Origin: Ginglymostoma cirratum | Lineage: Eukaryota | DNA: 64,000 bases | Assembly: GCA_024137785.1 (NCBI GenBank) | Contig: JAHRHZ010000222.1 | Location: 40,654,565-40,718,564, forward strand | Direction: 5' to 3' | In this document: one piece after another, positions 23,736 through 36,881 of the stretch | Numbering within the stretch: the first letter of the stretch is position 1 | How the letters are laid out: the number at the start of each line of letters is the position of its first letter | Made by a program: the position numbers and the translations under genes | The notes under the pieces: model-generated | What the model was told of the DNA's origin: nothing | What the model saw: the letters and a program-made list of their open reading frames with translations, nothing else | Databases searched by the model: none

Positions 23736-26700
23736 AACTTAAGGAAGAACTTGAAAGTGAAGGAAAAAGAGCAGTTTCTGAATAGCTTTTATGAATTTTC
23801 TACAACTGCTAGGAAATAACAATTACAGAAGCAACTAGTGGGTGTTCTTGGTCTGAAATGCAATTAGAGTAAACATTTCTGCATTGTTTTCACATCTAGT
23901 ACGTTAATCAATATCAATATACAACAACTGCAGTGTGAAAGGAACAAACAGGACTTTTCTTCTGCAGAAAGGCAAAGCAATTTGTGGATGTCTTAATAAT
24001 CAGATATCATTGAATCAAACTTTCACCTTAAATTGTGATGGACTGGACTTCTTGTAGTTTGAGGTAAATGACAAAAGGACCCTTTCTGCAATAATCCTCC
24101 CAAACCTCGTAAAGTACACAGAACAGCTGGCAATCTTTGATATTTAAACTGGGATGAGATTGGCATGGAAAACAAAATTGTTTTCACACAGTCTGAGAAA
24201 CTTCATATTTACTGAAAACACAAGGAATTAGGAAAGAATGCTAAGTGTGTGGAACTTTCAAACAAGGTATAGGCAGATTTACAGTGACTGATCAGATTCT
24301 CATATATGCTATTAAAATCACACCATCTTTGTGCTGTTTGTAAATAGGAAACAGGGCAGCAAACAGCTTGATGGGGGATTATTACTATGTACTGGCATCA
24401 ATCCAGCTTTTATGTATGGTCAAACAATTAATATTCAAGCAACAACACACAGGCTTTAATAGTTGAATAATACTGTCTGCAGGGACATTAAACATGGATT
24501 TCTTATGATCCTTCAATTGTTGCCTTTAAAACCCATTATTGAACGTAAAGATGAATATGAAACAGGACTAACTTCATCATTCGTCTGATTTTTTTTTTCC
24601 AAGTACATAAACATTTGTAAGTAATGACCATCCTTGCTTTCTCCAAAAGTTTGAAGTGAATATTATGAAAATTAATTGTGTTGGAAACATAAATCTAGCT
24701 GTACCAAATAGTTCAAAATTTTCCTAGTATAGTTCATCCTCCTAAATATTCCATATAATTCAATAAAAAGCAGAAAAAAATCAAAAATATCTATTGCTTT
24801 CATTAACCATAGTCAGTTTTGAAAAGCTGGACAGTAATAAATTTCATTTTTACCTTTCATTATTGCAAGCTTCATAATGAAAGTGTAAGACTGGCGTTTT
24901 GTAAAAGAACTAGTTAAATGGATAGCATGGGAATCCTTATGCACAGGTGTGGCTTAGAAAAGATAAATATTTGCATGTGATTCTGATATTCCAAATTGCC
25001 AAGCTAACTGTTTGTACCTTAGGTATGTAGAGACACATACTTTCTATGGAAAAGAAAGGGTTTATACATAGGAATCAGTGGATGAAACATTGTGGACCCT
25101 CACAAGGTCTCTGCTGACAAAAGCCTAAAAGTGGGTAACATGCTCTTGCTGGATGACTTCCAAGCCAGAGAATTGTGCTGAATTCGTAGAGTTGTAACGT
25201 GACAGGGTATAACTAAAAGCAAGTGAAGTTTTTATTCAAGCATTTTTTTTGGATTATGCAGTTTCCCTTAATTATTTCTGCTATATTTCCCCATTTTAAC
25301 TTACAGTGAGGTAATTTGTTCTTTGTTATATTTTTATGTGTGTGCACTTTATCTCATGCATAAAGAGCTGTATGATAACACATTGAGACAACTTACTTCT
25401 CAATTAGTTTTCTCAGCTTCCTTTCTTGTATTTAAGTATTCTATCCAATTTCATGTTTTCCCCATTTGGTACTCACTGCCTCACTGCCATTTGTTAATTA
25501 GGAAAATATTGATTGAGGGTCAACTGAAATCATACTGGTTCCTGCTACTTCATGACACAATGTACTACAACCCAATGTGTTGCACTACCGGTATGGTCCC
25601 AAGATTTCTTTTATGTGGAATTTATGTGATCAATTTCAGATTGCCATGTTAATGTCAAAACACTACAGTGAGAGATTTGTAGGCATATGCTGTTCCTGAA
25701 ATAATACAAAATAGTTTCTTATAAAGGAGTTAGGACCCTCAATGAAGAAAGGCCTGTGGTACAGTAGAAATCCTGGTTATGCAGGGATGAATTTTATTTT
25801 TGGATAAGTGTAAAAATTTTGAATTTCATGGATGGTTTCTCTCCACAAGACCTAATGAGTTTTCTTGAGCCATAATCTCAAACTCACCTAATTAACTACT
25901 TACTACGAGGCACCCCTTATGTCCCAATGCTAGCTAGATTCTGTAAATCACTGGAGCAGGAAGAAATCACCAATGCCCAGATGTCACAGAACAGACTGTC
26001 ATCCCCTGCATCAGCGTCATTTTGAAATCCAGATCAAACACCTGGACAAGTGTTGGCAGTCGGAGTTGTCCTTCGCAGTCATCACTGTGGTACAGCAGCC
26101 GTGAACACACCTTTTTCATGACACGTAGTTGTTATGGTTGACGCCCCTTCGCACATAAAACTTCACTTTCTTACCCCAGTTGCTGTTTAATTACTAGACC
26201 ACAAAGCACATCCATCCTAAGCCATATTCCATCTTACCATTCTCTCTGGGTCACCACAACACTGCGCCCAATGTCTACTGTAGCCCAGTATCTCATCATT
26301 GTTTAGCTGGGGACAATCACACATGGGAAAACCTACAAATAAATCCAAAGGTTATCTATTGTTTACAAACACTAAAAGGAAACAGAAAGGAAATTAGCAA
26401 AAGGTGTGTTTCACTTCCCAAATACAAACGAATCATGTACATGTTTGCCAGCAACTATTTTACAGACAAGATTGTTTGCTGGACCCAACTATCATCTGCT
26501 GCAACTGGGTGTCAATGAAGTCTTGTCTAGCTTGCTGCAGCCCAATTCAGAGAGAGCGTTCTCCTCCTCTTCAATGTCCTCATCTTCCTCCTTGGAAGAC
26601 TGCTCCCATTGTCCCATTTGTTCAGTGTCCATCAGATTCCCTCATTGCCTGCTTCAGTTGTGCAAAGCACAGCACTCTAGGATTTTGCCAAACGTTCTGT

Positions 26701-27819
26701 CTGGAATACATTGAATGTATCATGATCCCAGCTGATGTTATTACTGGGCAAGTCAGATCCCAAACTGAAATCTGGCTCGTTAGATCATATTTTGATTTGT
26801 TTTAGTTTTAATAAAGTGGTACTTACACTGAAACAGAAGCACACAATGCTTCAGATTTTGCTTTAACAATAAAACAGAAATTTATTAACAAAACAAATGA
26901 AGAAAAATAGAATAAACCAAATCATCTACTTATAATACAAAATCAAAGACATTTAAACACGCAGTAAAAGCTTGATCCCTTTAATCCCAAAACATTCCTT
27001 CATAAATTGGAAAATCCCAAAACACATACTGGTACAAGACCTGGAAATGCCACCCATACAATACACATGAGTATTGGAGCCATGAGGGTCCCTGTATGTG
27101 ACAGCTTAGTCAGCTTAAGTCACTTGTGACTTCAAAGTTTTGACTGGAAGGGGCAATATCTTCTGGTCTGAGACTTACACTAACTCCTCACTCTGAATAA
27201 TTTAGTTCATTATACATCCTTCTGTTTTCAGGAGCACTGGACTATGCAGCATTCCTGTTCCAAAGACTTCATAGGACATCCACAAATGCAAATAAAACAG
27301 ATACAAAAACTTCTCCCTCACTTAAGATATTGGCACTTCCCTTTAGCTTAAAAGAAAACAAGTTTGAGAAAATTGTAGCTAAACTTCAGGCCCCATTACC
27401 TACCTTGTCAGGTTGCAAAACAGAGATAAGCAAACAATTAATGGTGCACAAACTTATTCACTCTCAAAAACTGCCTCAAAAACTGTTTTTCAAATAAATC
27501 ATCATTACTACAAAAAGCTTATAATAAATGTCCATTTTTGCAGAAGTATATAAGTCACACAGTTCATATCATAATAGATGCCCCAGCACAGCAGCCCAAG
27601 CAGTGCAACCTCATGTTCAGCAAGCCTACAGCCCGCTCCACTTCAATCAAGGGGTTGTGCAATAGTGTCATCAACTATGGTCGCAGTATGTATCTTTTTG
27701 TCTCCAAGTAAATTAGCCTTGTACGGCATTAGGCTCCTCAAAAGCAGAAGAAATACAAGAGCTGTCCATGATGAAGGAGTCATGGCAGCTGCCATTGTAT
27801 AGGGCACAAACATTGAAGA

Positions 27820-30800
27820 AGTGGAACTGGTGAGCACAGATCACTCGCTTATGAGCAGAAAAGGAACCTTCCCTACTAGGGTGTGATATAACCCTCTCAG
27901 TGTGATGTGTGTGCAGTTGATGGAGACCTGTACCTGGGGTAGCCAGCTATACTGCTGAACCTTATTACCCGGGTTTCAAAACTGAACTTAACATGAGCAA
28001 GCGAAATGACTGGTATGACCTTGCACAGCTACCATCAGGCATTGTCTAGATGTATTTATGGTGGATGACTGCGAATGCCACATTGTTGTGGCTCCGTGGA
28101 AGGAGCCAGTCACATAACTGACTCAACATAACTCATGAGGGGATAAGATAGGCACCCAGTCCTTCAGGTCATGCATCCCAATCTAGCAACTGGCATGGTT
28201 CAGTCATGGTGCTCCAGGACAAATGGAGCCTACATGGACACTGCATCTCACTAAACTGAAGAAATGACTTTGAGAACAAAGTGTTGTTGGCCAAGTCCAA
28301 TTCACTGGTCAAATATGGATGCTGTCCTTGACTGACTGGACTAGGACTGACGACAAATCCCCTCGACTCAGCTGAGGATTACTGCCCACAGACGTTCAGA
28401 TATGGCAATTTGGTTGCAGCTCATGCAGTGCGTTTGGCTTACAGCAATGTTCTGTACAGCACAATAACAGCCCCATAGACTGATCACAACTGATAAGCAT
28501 GAAAAGGAGCCTGACCCTGAGTCTGAAACAAACAGCAAGTCATATTACAGCACTGTGACCTTTAAACTGTGGCTGAGGGGCCCACATACCAAAAAGCCAA
28601 GGCAAGGCAAGGCAGGGATCCTGTGAGCATGCAGGCAGATGCTAAGTGAGTGAGTGCTAAAAGACCAACTAAGCAGGTCTGAGGTGCAGTTTGGTTCAAT
28701 CCATGAGCTGGGTGTCTGCCCCTGTCTTGAAGTCACCCCCAGTAGATTTTCACCGATTGCTGCCAGTGTGGTCCAAACAGCAGCACTGAACTGCAGCAGT
28801 ACTGTTCATGTGCACTGGAGGTGAGTTATGATAGCACAGAGAGGCTGGCTATCTCAGATGCCAGTGCTCATGGGCGTAGTATGTGCGCGATAACTACCCG
28901 TGAGCACTTTCTGAGACTGTGTCAAAGATGGCAGCCTGAAGAGTACGTAGTGAACTAGAGTCACTATGCCCTTCTGTGTTGGGAATCCTCGATGTGCAGT
29001 TTCTACCTGTTCCATGGTATGAAAGGAAACTGCATATTAATAAGGCGGAATTTTCAGTGAAGGCCTGGCACATGGGAAGGGAGCAGGGGAATGGCAGCTT
29101 GGATGGTAAGTCAGAATCAGCAAGAATTAGTCACAGTTCAGTGATGGGGGGATTTGGATATGCCCATGAAGAAAATCAAGAGGGCTTCAAGGGAGGACAG
29201 AAATTGGGGTTGGAGTGTAGAGCAGTTAGGACCTAGAATCTTGGGTGTGTTTGAGGGGGTGGTGATAAATGGAATGAGGGACCTAAAGGGGGTCAGTACT
29301 GTCCATACTTGGTCTATTGGCTGGCAGAGGGAAGATTCACAGAAAAGAGTTTGCTTTGGTAGTGGGTGAAGGTCTGGTCTGCTGTTGGGATACTCAAAGG
29401 GTACATTATGGGATCTGAGGATGATGCAGGTCTAGGATCAGAGGAGGAATCTTGACAGGGTTAGGGGTCAGCTCAGGAGGGAAGGATGGTCTGTCTAATT
29501 CCTTGCAGGATGATTTCAGGATGCTGGATGAATGTTCAATATTTACAAAGCGAGCATGCACAGTGATGTTGGGGTGGTGAAGGGAGATGGGACAAAGTGA
29601 AGTTGGCAGAGGTCGATGAAGAGTCACAGTTTCACTTAAGTCTCACTTGAAGAATGACTTGCCTATTGTTACTGGTGATGTCCAAAACCTTACTTATAGC
29701 TACCTGGAGTACAGATTCAAGTGGGAGGAGTCCAATGTGGAATTGATAGAGTTTTGAGAGTGAACAGTTGAAGATGTTGACAACCTCACTGCCCAGCTGC
29801 TGTATGTATAAAACTTATGGACACACACAGGTTCTCATGTCAGCATTTGTCATTTTCAGATATCACTTGGTGTAGTACCTATGGGTTTCATGTATCTAAT
29901 ATTAATGCAATCTCTGGAGCAAAGAGGAGAGGATTTGACAAATGAGAACATAATAAAGGGGGAGGTGGAGGCTCCTGTTGGTCAACAGCTGAAGCCATAT
30001 GACCAGCAGGAGGCAGCATCAGAGGAGAACAGTGGCCAAGAGGCAGACATCAATGGAAGGATTGAAGAGAAAGGTCACTGGTGCATCAACGTGTCTTCAG
30101 GATGTGAACAGACTCCGTCCAGGTATCTGCTGGGCAATACCAGAGGTGCCTGAGTCTGCCGTGGGAGCCTGGCCCTGCAACATGTTGGATTTTTAGTGAG
30201 ATCTCTAGCCACCTGAATATGGGGGTAAACTCATACCTGTCATCCTCATAGTGAGTGAAGCACTCAATATTTTTGCAACTGACAATTGTCAGGGCTCCAG
30301 GAACAAGTTGTGTGGTATTTTGCAAGCTGGCATGTCTCTTCATGACCTGGGCATCCATTAGAGGCTTATGGACATTCATGTCCTCTTCCTCAGACCCTTC
30401 ATCTTCATCTGAGGAGAGTGTTGGTCCTTCCAGTCATTCCTTAATTGGTTGGGCACATTGTAGAATGCACACAGCACCATGACTATCGTGAACCTCTGCG
30501 TAGTGTGAATTGTAGAGACCCTTTGCACCAGGGATCCCAGTGACAATGTGACACATATGAGATTCACTCAGGATTGGATTGATTAACATGACCAATTTCT
30601 CATCATTGGACAGATTTCCCAGTTCAGGATGTTTATCCACCACTGTCAGCCTCCCCACCAGGAGAAAACTTTAAAGGTGCATCCTCTACAAGTGAGAATA
30701 GTGAGGGGACTCCACTTCCGCCTCACACACACTTGCTACAGGAGACTCTCCTCCAGGGCAGCTGATATAAGAACTGCAGAGCCCTTTCATACCTGAATGT

Positions 30801-31420
30801 CTGGGCCATTGGCTATCAAACCATCCCTCCACTATAGAAATGTGTCTGAGCTGTGCTCACAAGAATGTGGCCACAATCCTACATTTACCATTCCCTGACT
30901 TAGGTGTGTATATCTGTGCTAGTGGACTTCCTGGGAGAGGTAGGAATTGGCACATCCTCTTGATGGTTGTGTCCAGAGGTGGAGTCTTCAGTCTATTCGG
31001 GGTTTCTGAGGCCTGGGTCTGGATTACATAGACCTGTAAAGGAGAATAAAGAGAAATACTTTAAAGTTCCACAGGGTCAATGAGTTCAGCACCTCCCTCA
31101 CTTAGTCCCGAGCACCTAAATAGTGGCACCAGGTTTCATGCATTCTCATTCTGGTACCTTGGAAATTGGACATGGTCATCAGGGAGGGTTCAGTCACCCT
31201 CTTTACCCAGAATGTGAGGAGCTTGTTCTTCAACAGGTGGGAAGATCTTGAGATCAGGTCCCCTCCTCTCATCCTTGTTTTTTTCTTTGGGTTCTGGGCC
31301 TTTTTGCCCTGCAGAAATAAATGGGGATTTAATGCCAACTGACCCCCTTGCCTGAAGCCCCATCTCAAACGGTGGCCTGTTGATGAGTTAGGTTGTGTCA
31401 AATTGCTCGTTCAAGCATAC
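27820..31420. mobile_element. Highly decayed PIF/Harbinger-like DNA transposon remnants
   Basis: The minus strand near 30450-30525 reads, with one frameshift, GSLQFTLRRGSR/IVMVLCAFYN followed by an acidic stretch, like the Harbinger transposase C-terminus (GALQY...RIVVVCCALHN). The plus strand near 27850-27950 shows RKG...PGS-like traces. GC content is higher than the flanks. Confidence 0.4.
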
Positions 31421-31758
31421 CAGTGCAGATTTAACCTCAAGTGCTTTGCAGTCATGAGGTTGATCACATATTCACCCTCATAGCCTAGCTACACACCCAC
31501 CTGATGCGTCATGAGACTCCATTCCAAGCCACCCGCCCAGACGAATCAAAGAGATCTTTGACATTTTTTCCTGTGCTTCAGCCTTGATCATTGGTGGACC
31601 CCATGATTCCTCACTTTCTCTGTGATGGGAGTTGGGATTCCAGGACAATATAAATAAGTAGAGGTGAAGGTGGAGATGGAACTAAGGTGGAATAAGTAAT
31701 GGGAGAACAATAGTTCAGATTTCTAACGAAGAGGAGGTGGCCAGGGAGGATCAAGCAT

Positions 31759-31822
31759 TGTGTTCATCCAGCCCCATGCTTGTTATCTCGGATTCTCCAG
31801 CATCTGCAGTACCTTTTATCTT
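31759..31822 (+). mobile_element. pLTR 3' end, family A
   Basis: TGTGTTCATCCAGCCCCATGCTTGTTATCTCGGATTCTCCAGCATCTGCAGTACCTTTTATC is nearly identical to 36412-36474. Confidence 0.75.
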
Positions 31823-33167
31823 TGATGTAGAATCTCCCTGCTTATCCAGGTCGATCCTTTATAGTCAACCTAGTCCTGGTGGAATCTCACTTGACAGTGG
31901 GATGTTTCAATAAGAATCCACCTCTGTGATGCTTGTGTTGCATGTACCTGCTATGTGCCTTTTGCATTTTCAGATGAATCACCTGTGTGCACGACAATTT
32001 CAATTTTGTCCATCGAGTCAGGAGATAACAAGAGGATGAGTAAAGATGTCAGCAGCAGAGAAAGGTGAAGGCAAACAAGCCAAAGAGGTGGGGGTAAGCT
32101 GTCTTTGTGATGACAGGAATATTAGGTCAGGAGCTCATTTTGGAGTGAAGTAGGTTACTGAGGTGACAGCTAACGTAGCTCAATGTAAGAAAATAGCCAG
32201 GGAGAGGCTTGCAGTCAGCGACCAGAATGCAAAGTTTAACCATGAACTGCTTTAGTTTCTCTGATGCTTTGCTGGAGAAAATTGCAACTCATCTAACATT
32301 TGAGTGTTGAACGAACGGTTCATAGCAAGAACATTGGACGAATTAGAAGATATGGAAGAGATAAAGTTAATTCTCATCAGTGGAGTACACCTTCTTGTGC
32401 CCTGATCAACATTTATCCCCTCTAAAAGAAGTCACTAAAATTGAGATCATTGCTGTTTGCGAGGATCTTCCTTTCCAAAATTTTGTTGTGAAATTTCCTG
32501 GCATTACAACGGTGATGGCACTTCAAAAATAGTTTTTAGCTAAGAAAGACAGTAGGAAGCCCTGAAACAATTAAATTAAGTAACATAAATGCAAATTATT
32601 TTTGCCAAAATATAAACAGAACATATGTCTATAATGAACGCCTAACAGAGTTAATACATAGTTGAGGAAGAGGACTGGGCCATCATGAACATTGGAGGGA
32701 ATTTTTGGAGGTGTTAAGGGATGGATGGGTGAAACTGCTGTGGCTATGTCTGAACAGGTAAGATAGAAACAAATGAGGGCAAAGTCACTGAACTGGATGC
32801 TGGAATGGAAGCATTTGAGAATTATAGTGTTGTCACGTGTATGAAAAGCTACAGAAATGTAGAAGAAAACGAGGACGGCTATAGTGAGCATGGTCACGGT
32901 AATACAAAAGGTTTCAGTCAATTTTTTTCATGCTGATGGAAAGGGCAGAAAACTAAGTAGTGTTGCATGGGGCTCTGGTGGCTGAAGGAAAGTGCTGCCA
33001 CCAATCCTCTTCTGTAGATATTTTTAATCAACCTGTTCAGGGATGTTATGACATACCTCTGGAACAGGCAGGGCTTGAACACTACCCTTGCAAACTAACC
33101 CTGCCCTACAAGATCCTTCTATTCTTTCTGTTTCATATACTTTCTATGTCAATCTGTTCAGATCTAG

Positions 33168-33420
33168 GTGGTATGGTAGCTCAGTGGTTAGTCATGCTAC
33201 CTCACAATACCAGGGACCTGGGTTTGATTCCACCCTTGGGTGACTGCCTGTGTGGAGGTTGCACATTCTTTCCATGTCTACGTGAGTTTACTCCACAATC
33301 CAAGGATGTGCAGGTTAGGTAGATTAGCCATGTAATGTAGGGGGTTGGTCTGGGTGGGATTCTGTTTCGAGAGTGGACTTGATAGGTCAAATGGCCTGAT
33401 TCTATGCTGTGGGAATTCTA
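33168..33420 (+). mobile_element. HE1-like V-SINE, internally deleted
   Basis: Head GGTAGCTCAGTGGTTAG...GGTTTGATTCC, V-domain and tail align with the 23.1-23.7 kb copies. Confidence 0.75.
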
Positions 33421-33510
33421 AGTTATCACATACTTCTGGAACAGGTGGGACTTGAGGCTGAGCCTCCTGGTTTGGAGGTAGGAACATTACTGCCATGCTA
33501 CAACAGCCTT
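33421..33510 (-). mobile_element. Short tRNA-derived SINE-like element (partial second copy at about 33045-33080)
   Basis: GTTATCACATACTTCTGGAACAGGTGGGACTTGA vs GTTATGACATACCTCTGGAACAGGCAGGGCTTGA; tRNA-like head on the minus strand. Confidence 0.4.
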
Positions 33511-34429
33511 CCAATCTTTCTTTTTATGCTGAGTCTGTGCATTAATCTAATTATCAGTGATAGAGCATAGACCCAAGAAAGACTCTTGTCTCACATAACA
33601 GAAGGTCGATTATTGCACAATAACAATTGGTACAAGTTACACGGACTCATTAGCTATAATTACACTTCTGACTCCATGCAAGGCTGCTTGATTCTCCACC
33701 CAGGAATGTGTGACATTATCACATTGGGTGAAGCTTAATGTAGCAATGTCACAAATCACTTCTGAACCTTATACAGCCATTAGAAGAATTTAAACAGGGA
33801 GTCTCAGGGGAGAAGGGCATAGATCTAAAGGAGACAATACATTGAAAGTCTTTGGTGAGAAAAGGGGGATTAGAGATAAGGTGATAGTTTGTAAGAACAA
33901 ATGTTAATGGCTAGATTTTTTGAGAAAATAAATGAAGCTTTTCCAGTCATCTGCTACTCCAACCATATTAGTTAGGCTGCACAAATTAAATCCATCACTG
34001 GAATTTTAAGTGAGGTGTGTTCATTGCATTACCATGTTGAAAATCTCACTATCCGGGAATGGGTTATTTGATCATACTCTTCAATAAAGCATCATAATCT
34101 TGAGAGACCAGATAGTTTACATCATGAAAATGATCTTACCCCGATATTGCAATCTGAACAGTCACGCTCACATTCTAAGTAGGTTTTTACAAATTTACTT
34201 CTCTTTTCAGATATTGTTGAAATATTTCCAAAGCTGTACTCTGTACCAGATTAGCTTGACGCGAGAGACTAACTTTGGGGATTCAGAGACCGGTATTTTT
34301 GGGATTTTCTTTTCATCAATCAGACTGTTATTGTTGTCTTGATGCTTCTAAAGCCTTCACTCATCTATTCATCTATCATACACTTTCTCCCTTAGCACTA
34401 GAGGAAAATTGACTTGTTACAAAATGTTA

Positions 34430-34850
34430 TCAGCGTAGAAATAGGCCATTCATCCTAAAAGGTCTACACTGGTGTTTATGTTCCATAAAAGTCCCCTCCC
34501 ACTCCTCTTTATCTAACTGATTCCATATATCATTATATAACTAGCTTATCCTTGAATGCATCTATGATGTTCACTCTATTGTTATCTGTGATAGTGAGTT
34601 TTACATTCTTACAACTCTCTGGGCTAAAGACAATTTTTCTGAATTTATGACAACTTTCTAGCATCTATCTTCCATTTATAGTTGTTATTTCCCAACTTGT
34701 CTGCAAATTGAGACATCTACTATATGTGTAGACTATCAAAACCTTTTATAAACCTGAGTTCATTTATTAGGGCATCCCTCAGTCTTCTCTTCTGTGGAGA
34801 AAAGAGCCTAGCCTGTTTGATTTTTCCTGTTGGTATAACTTTTCACTTAT
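34430..34850 (-). mobile_element. Decayed CR1 3' end
   Basis: AGCGTAGAAATAGGCCATTC tail and CCCTCAGTCTTCTCTTCTGTGGAGAAAAGAGCCTAGCCTG (reverse LGSFL.RREDZG-like segment). Confidence 0.5.
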
Positions 34851-35944
34851 ATAAGGAAAACCCATTGCAAACACTTAAATGTCATCTCATTTATCACACT
34901 AATGACCCTCTACTCTGTCACATGGGTGCCTGATAATCCTTGCAAATTGTGCACCTTCTCATCACATCATCATGGGATGCATTCACTCAATGTCTCAAAT
35001 ATCCCAGTCAATCTAATTCTTTTGATGTTGTCTTCTTTTCTCAAAGAGAAAGCTGACATCTCTGAGGGAGGAGTTCTTTCACTGAAAGCTGAGATCAAAG
35101 CAGGAAAAGGCCTTAGCTATCACAGACGGACAGAGGAACTGGACATTTTGTGAGATGGGATGGCTTAAGAAGAGTTGGCAACAGATATTTGGTAAAGTCA
35201 CATCACCCAAGATCTCAATTTTACCAAAACTACTTTGTCAAAGTACTGAAATGTCCTTTCATTTATAACATTTCATGAAGAAATAATTTCTAAGGCTTTC
35301 TGGATGGAGATGGTGTCCATTTAATGACCATGTCCTAACTTCTAGATCCACAGATGTTTTGCCACTTTCTTGGAAGTTCACGGGTGGTAGTAAGTGGATA
35401 GTGAATCAGAATGGGCTTCACTGAGCAAAGGATTAATCGCTCGTGAGGCTGAAGAAAGATCACAGAAAGTTGGTCCCTCCAAGATAGCAGTTTCACTGGC
35501 ATAAGAGAGATTTATGAAACTTAAGGCTCCAGTGCAGTTTTAATAGGTACTACACTCAGGAAGCAGCTTTAAGGGTAAATGAAGAAGAACTTGGGCATAT
35601 AAACTAACTGATCCAAAGCATTAACACAGATTTAATTGTAGATTAGTAATTGTAAATAAGATGATTTTAACTTTACATACCATTTGGTGAATTGTACTAA
35701 AAATATGGCATGTGTGCATATATATTGACATGATTTTACTTAGACTTTCAACTTATTGAAGTTTGGATGACATTAGCAAGAAAGTAGAAATTTGTCTGAA
35801 TTAGAAACTTAGGGCAAAAGTCTTTGATCCTTCATAGAACTTTGAAGTTTGAAGAACTGAAACCGTATGAACTGTGAGATAACAAGGCGTGGGGCTGGAT
35901 GAACACAGCAGGCCAAGCAGCATCATAGGAGCAGGAAAACTTGA

Positions 35945-36344
35945 NNNNNNNNNNNNNNNNNNNNNNNNNNNNNNNNNNNNNNNNNNNNNNNNNNNNNNNN
36001 NNNNNNNNNNNNNNNNNNNNNNNNNNNNNNNNNNNNNNNNNNNNNNNNNNNNNNNNNNNNNNNNNNNNNNNNNNNNNNNNNNNNNNNNNNNNNNNNNNNN
36101 NNNNNNNNNNNNNNNNNNNNNNNNNNNNNNNNNNNNNNNNNNNNNNNNNNNNNNNNNNNNNNNNNNNNNNNNNNNNNNNNNNNNNNNNNNNNNNNNNNNN
36201 NNNNNNNNNNNNNNNNNNNNNNNNNNNNNNNNNNNNNNNNNNNNNNNNNNNNNNNNNNNNNNNNNNNNNNNNNNNNNNNNNNNNNNNNNNNNNNNNNNNN
36301 NNNNNNNNNNNNNNNNNNNNNNNNNNNNNNNNNNNNNNNNNNNN
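35945..36344. other. Assembly gap (400 N)
   Basis: Run of N. Confidence 1.
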
Positions 36345-36380
36345 TTTTCTGATGAAGGGTCTAGGCCCGAAACTTCAAGT
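36345..36380 (+). ncRNA. Minimal type-I hammerhead ribozyme motif in a pLTR
   Basis: CUGAUGA (36349-55), extra A, stem II GGGU/GCCC with CUAG loop, GAAAC (36369-73), then NUH triplet UUC. Activity is untested and stem I is mostly inside the gap. Confidence 0.6.
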
Positions 36381-36672
36381 TTTCCTGCTCCTATGATGCT
36401 GCTTGGCCTGCTGTGTTCATCCAGCCCCACGCCTTGTTATCTCGGATTCTCCAGCATCTGCAGTACCTTTTATCACCGTATGAACTGTGTTTATTTAGTG
36501 AGTTGCCCTTACCTGCATTTTATGATTAACACCTTGTCTTGCAGAAGCACAAACTTTTCTTTCTCACAAAGATATGCTGTGTGCAACATGCACAATAATT
36601 CCTAAGATTCCCACTTGCTGTATTGCAGGACTCCATCAGATTTATCCAGGTATCTAAATCAAGAATTCAGAC

Positions 36673-36881
36673 TGAATAACTGAAATTGCTGGATAAGCAA
36701 TTTCTGAACCAAGAGGTCTGGCAGCATCTGAGGACATGAATCAGAGTTTCTGAGGAAGGGTTACTGGATGCTAAACACTAACTCTGAGTTCTCTCCACAG
36801 ATGCTGCCAGACCTGCTGAGCTTTTCCAGCAACTTCTGTTTTTGTTTCTGATTTCCAGTATCAGCAGTTCTTTCTGTTTTT
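36673..36881 (+). mobile_element. Fold-back Penelope-like mini-element, family B, 15-bp TSD
   Basis: TSD ATCAAGAATTCAGAC at 36658-36672 and 36882-36896; the left arm (about 36678-36747) is the reverse complement of about 36780-36840; the loop holds a degenerate hammerhead core CTGAGGAAGGGTTACTGGATGCTAAAC. Confidence 0.8.

Larger units (their letters stand above)
35877..36474 (+). mobile_element. Young Penelope-like insertion with inverted pLTR arms spanning an assembly gap, 15-bp TSD
   Basis: Perfect 69-bp inverted repeat at 35876-35944 / 36375-36443; direct repeat ACCGTATGAACTGTG at 35862-35876 and 36475-36489. Confidence 0.8.

Noticed and set aside
25759-27800. Tigger/pogo-like transposon (TACAGTAGAAATCC start, QPLD-like peptide at about 27650)
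   Set aside because: No matching second TIR or convincing DDE alignment found by eye.
35801-36605. Long ORFs (209, 238 and 151 aa) with mirrored peptides
   Set aside because: Artefacts of translating through 400 N; the mirror symmetry reflects the inverted repeat.
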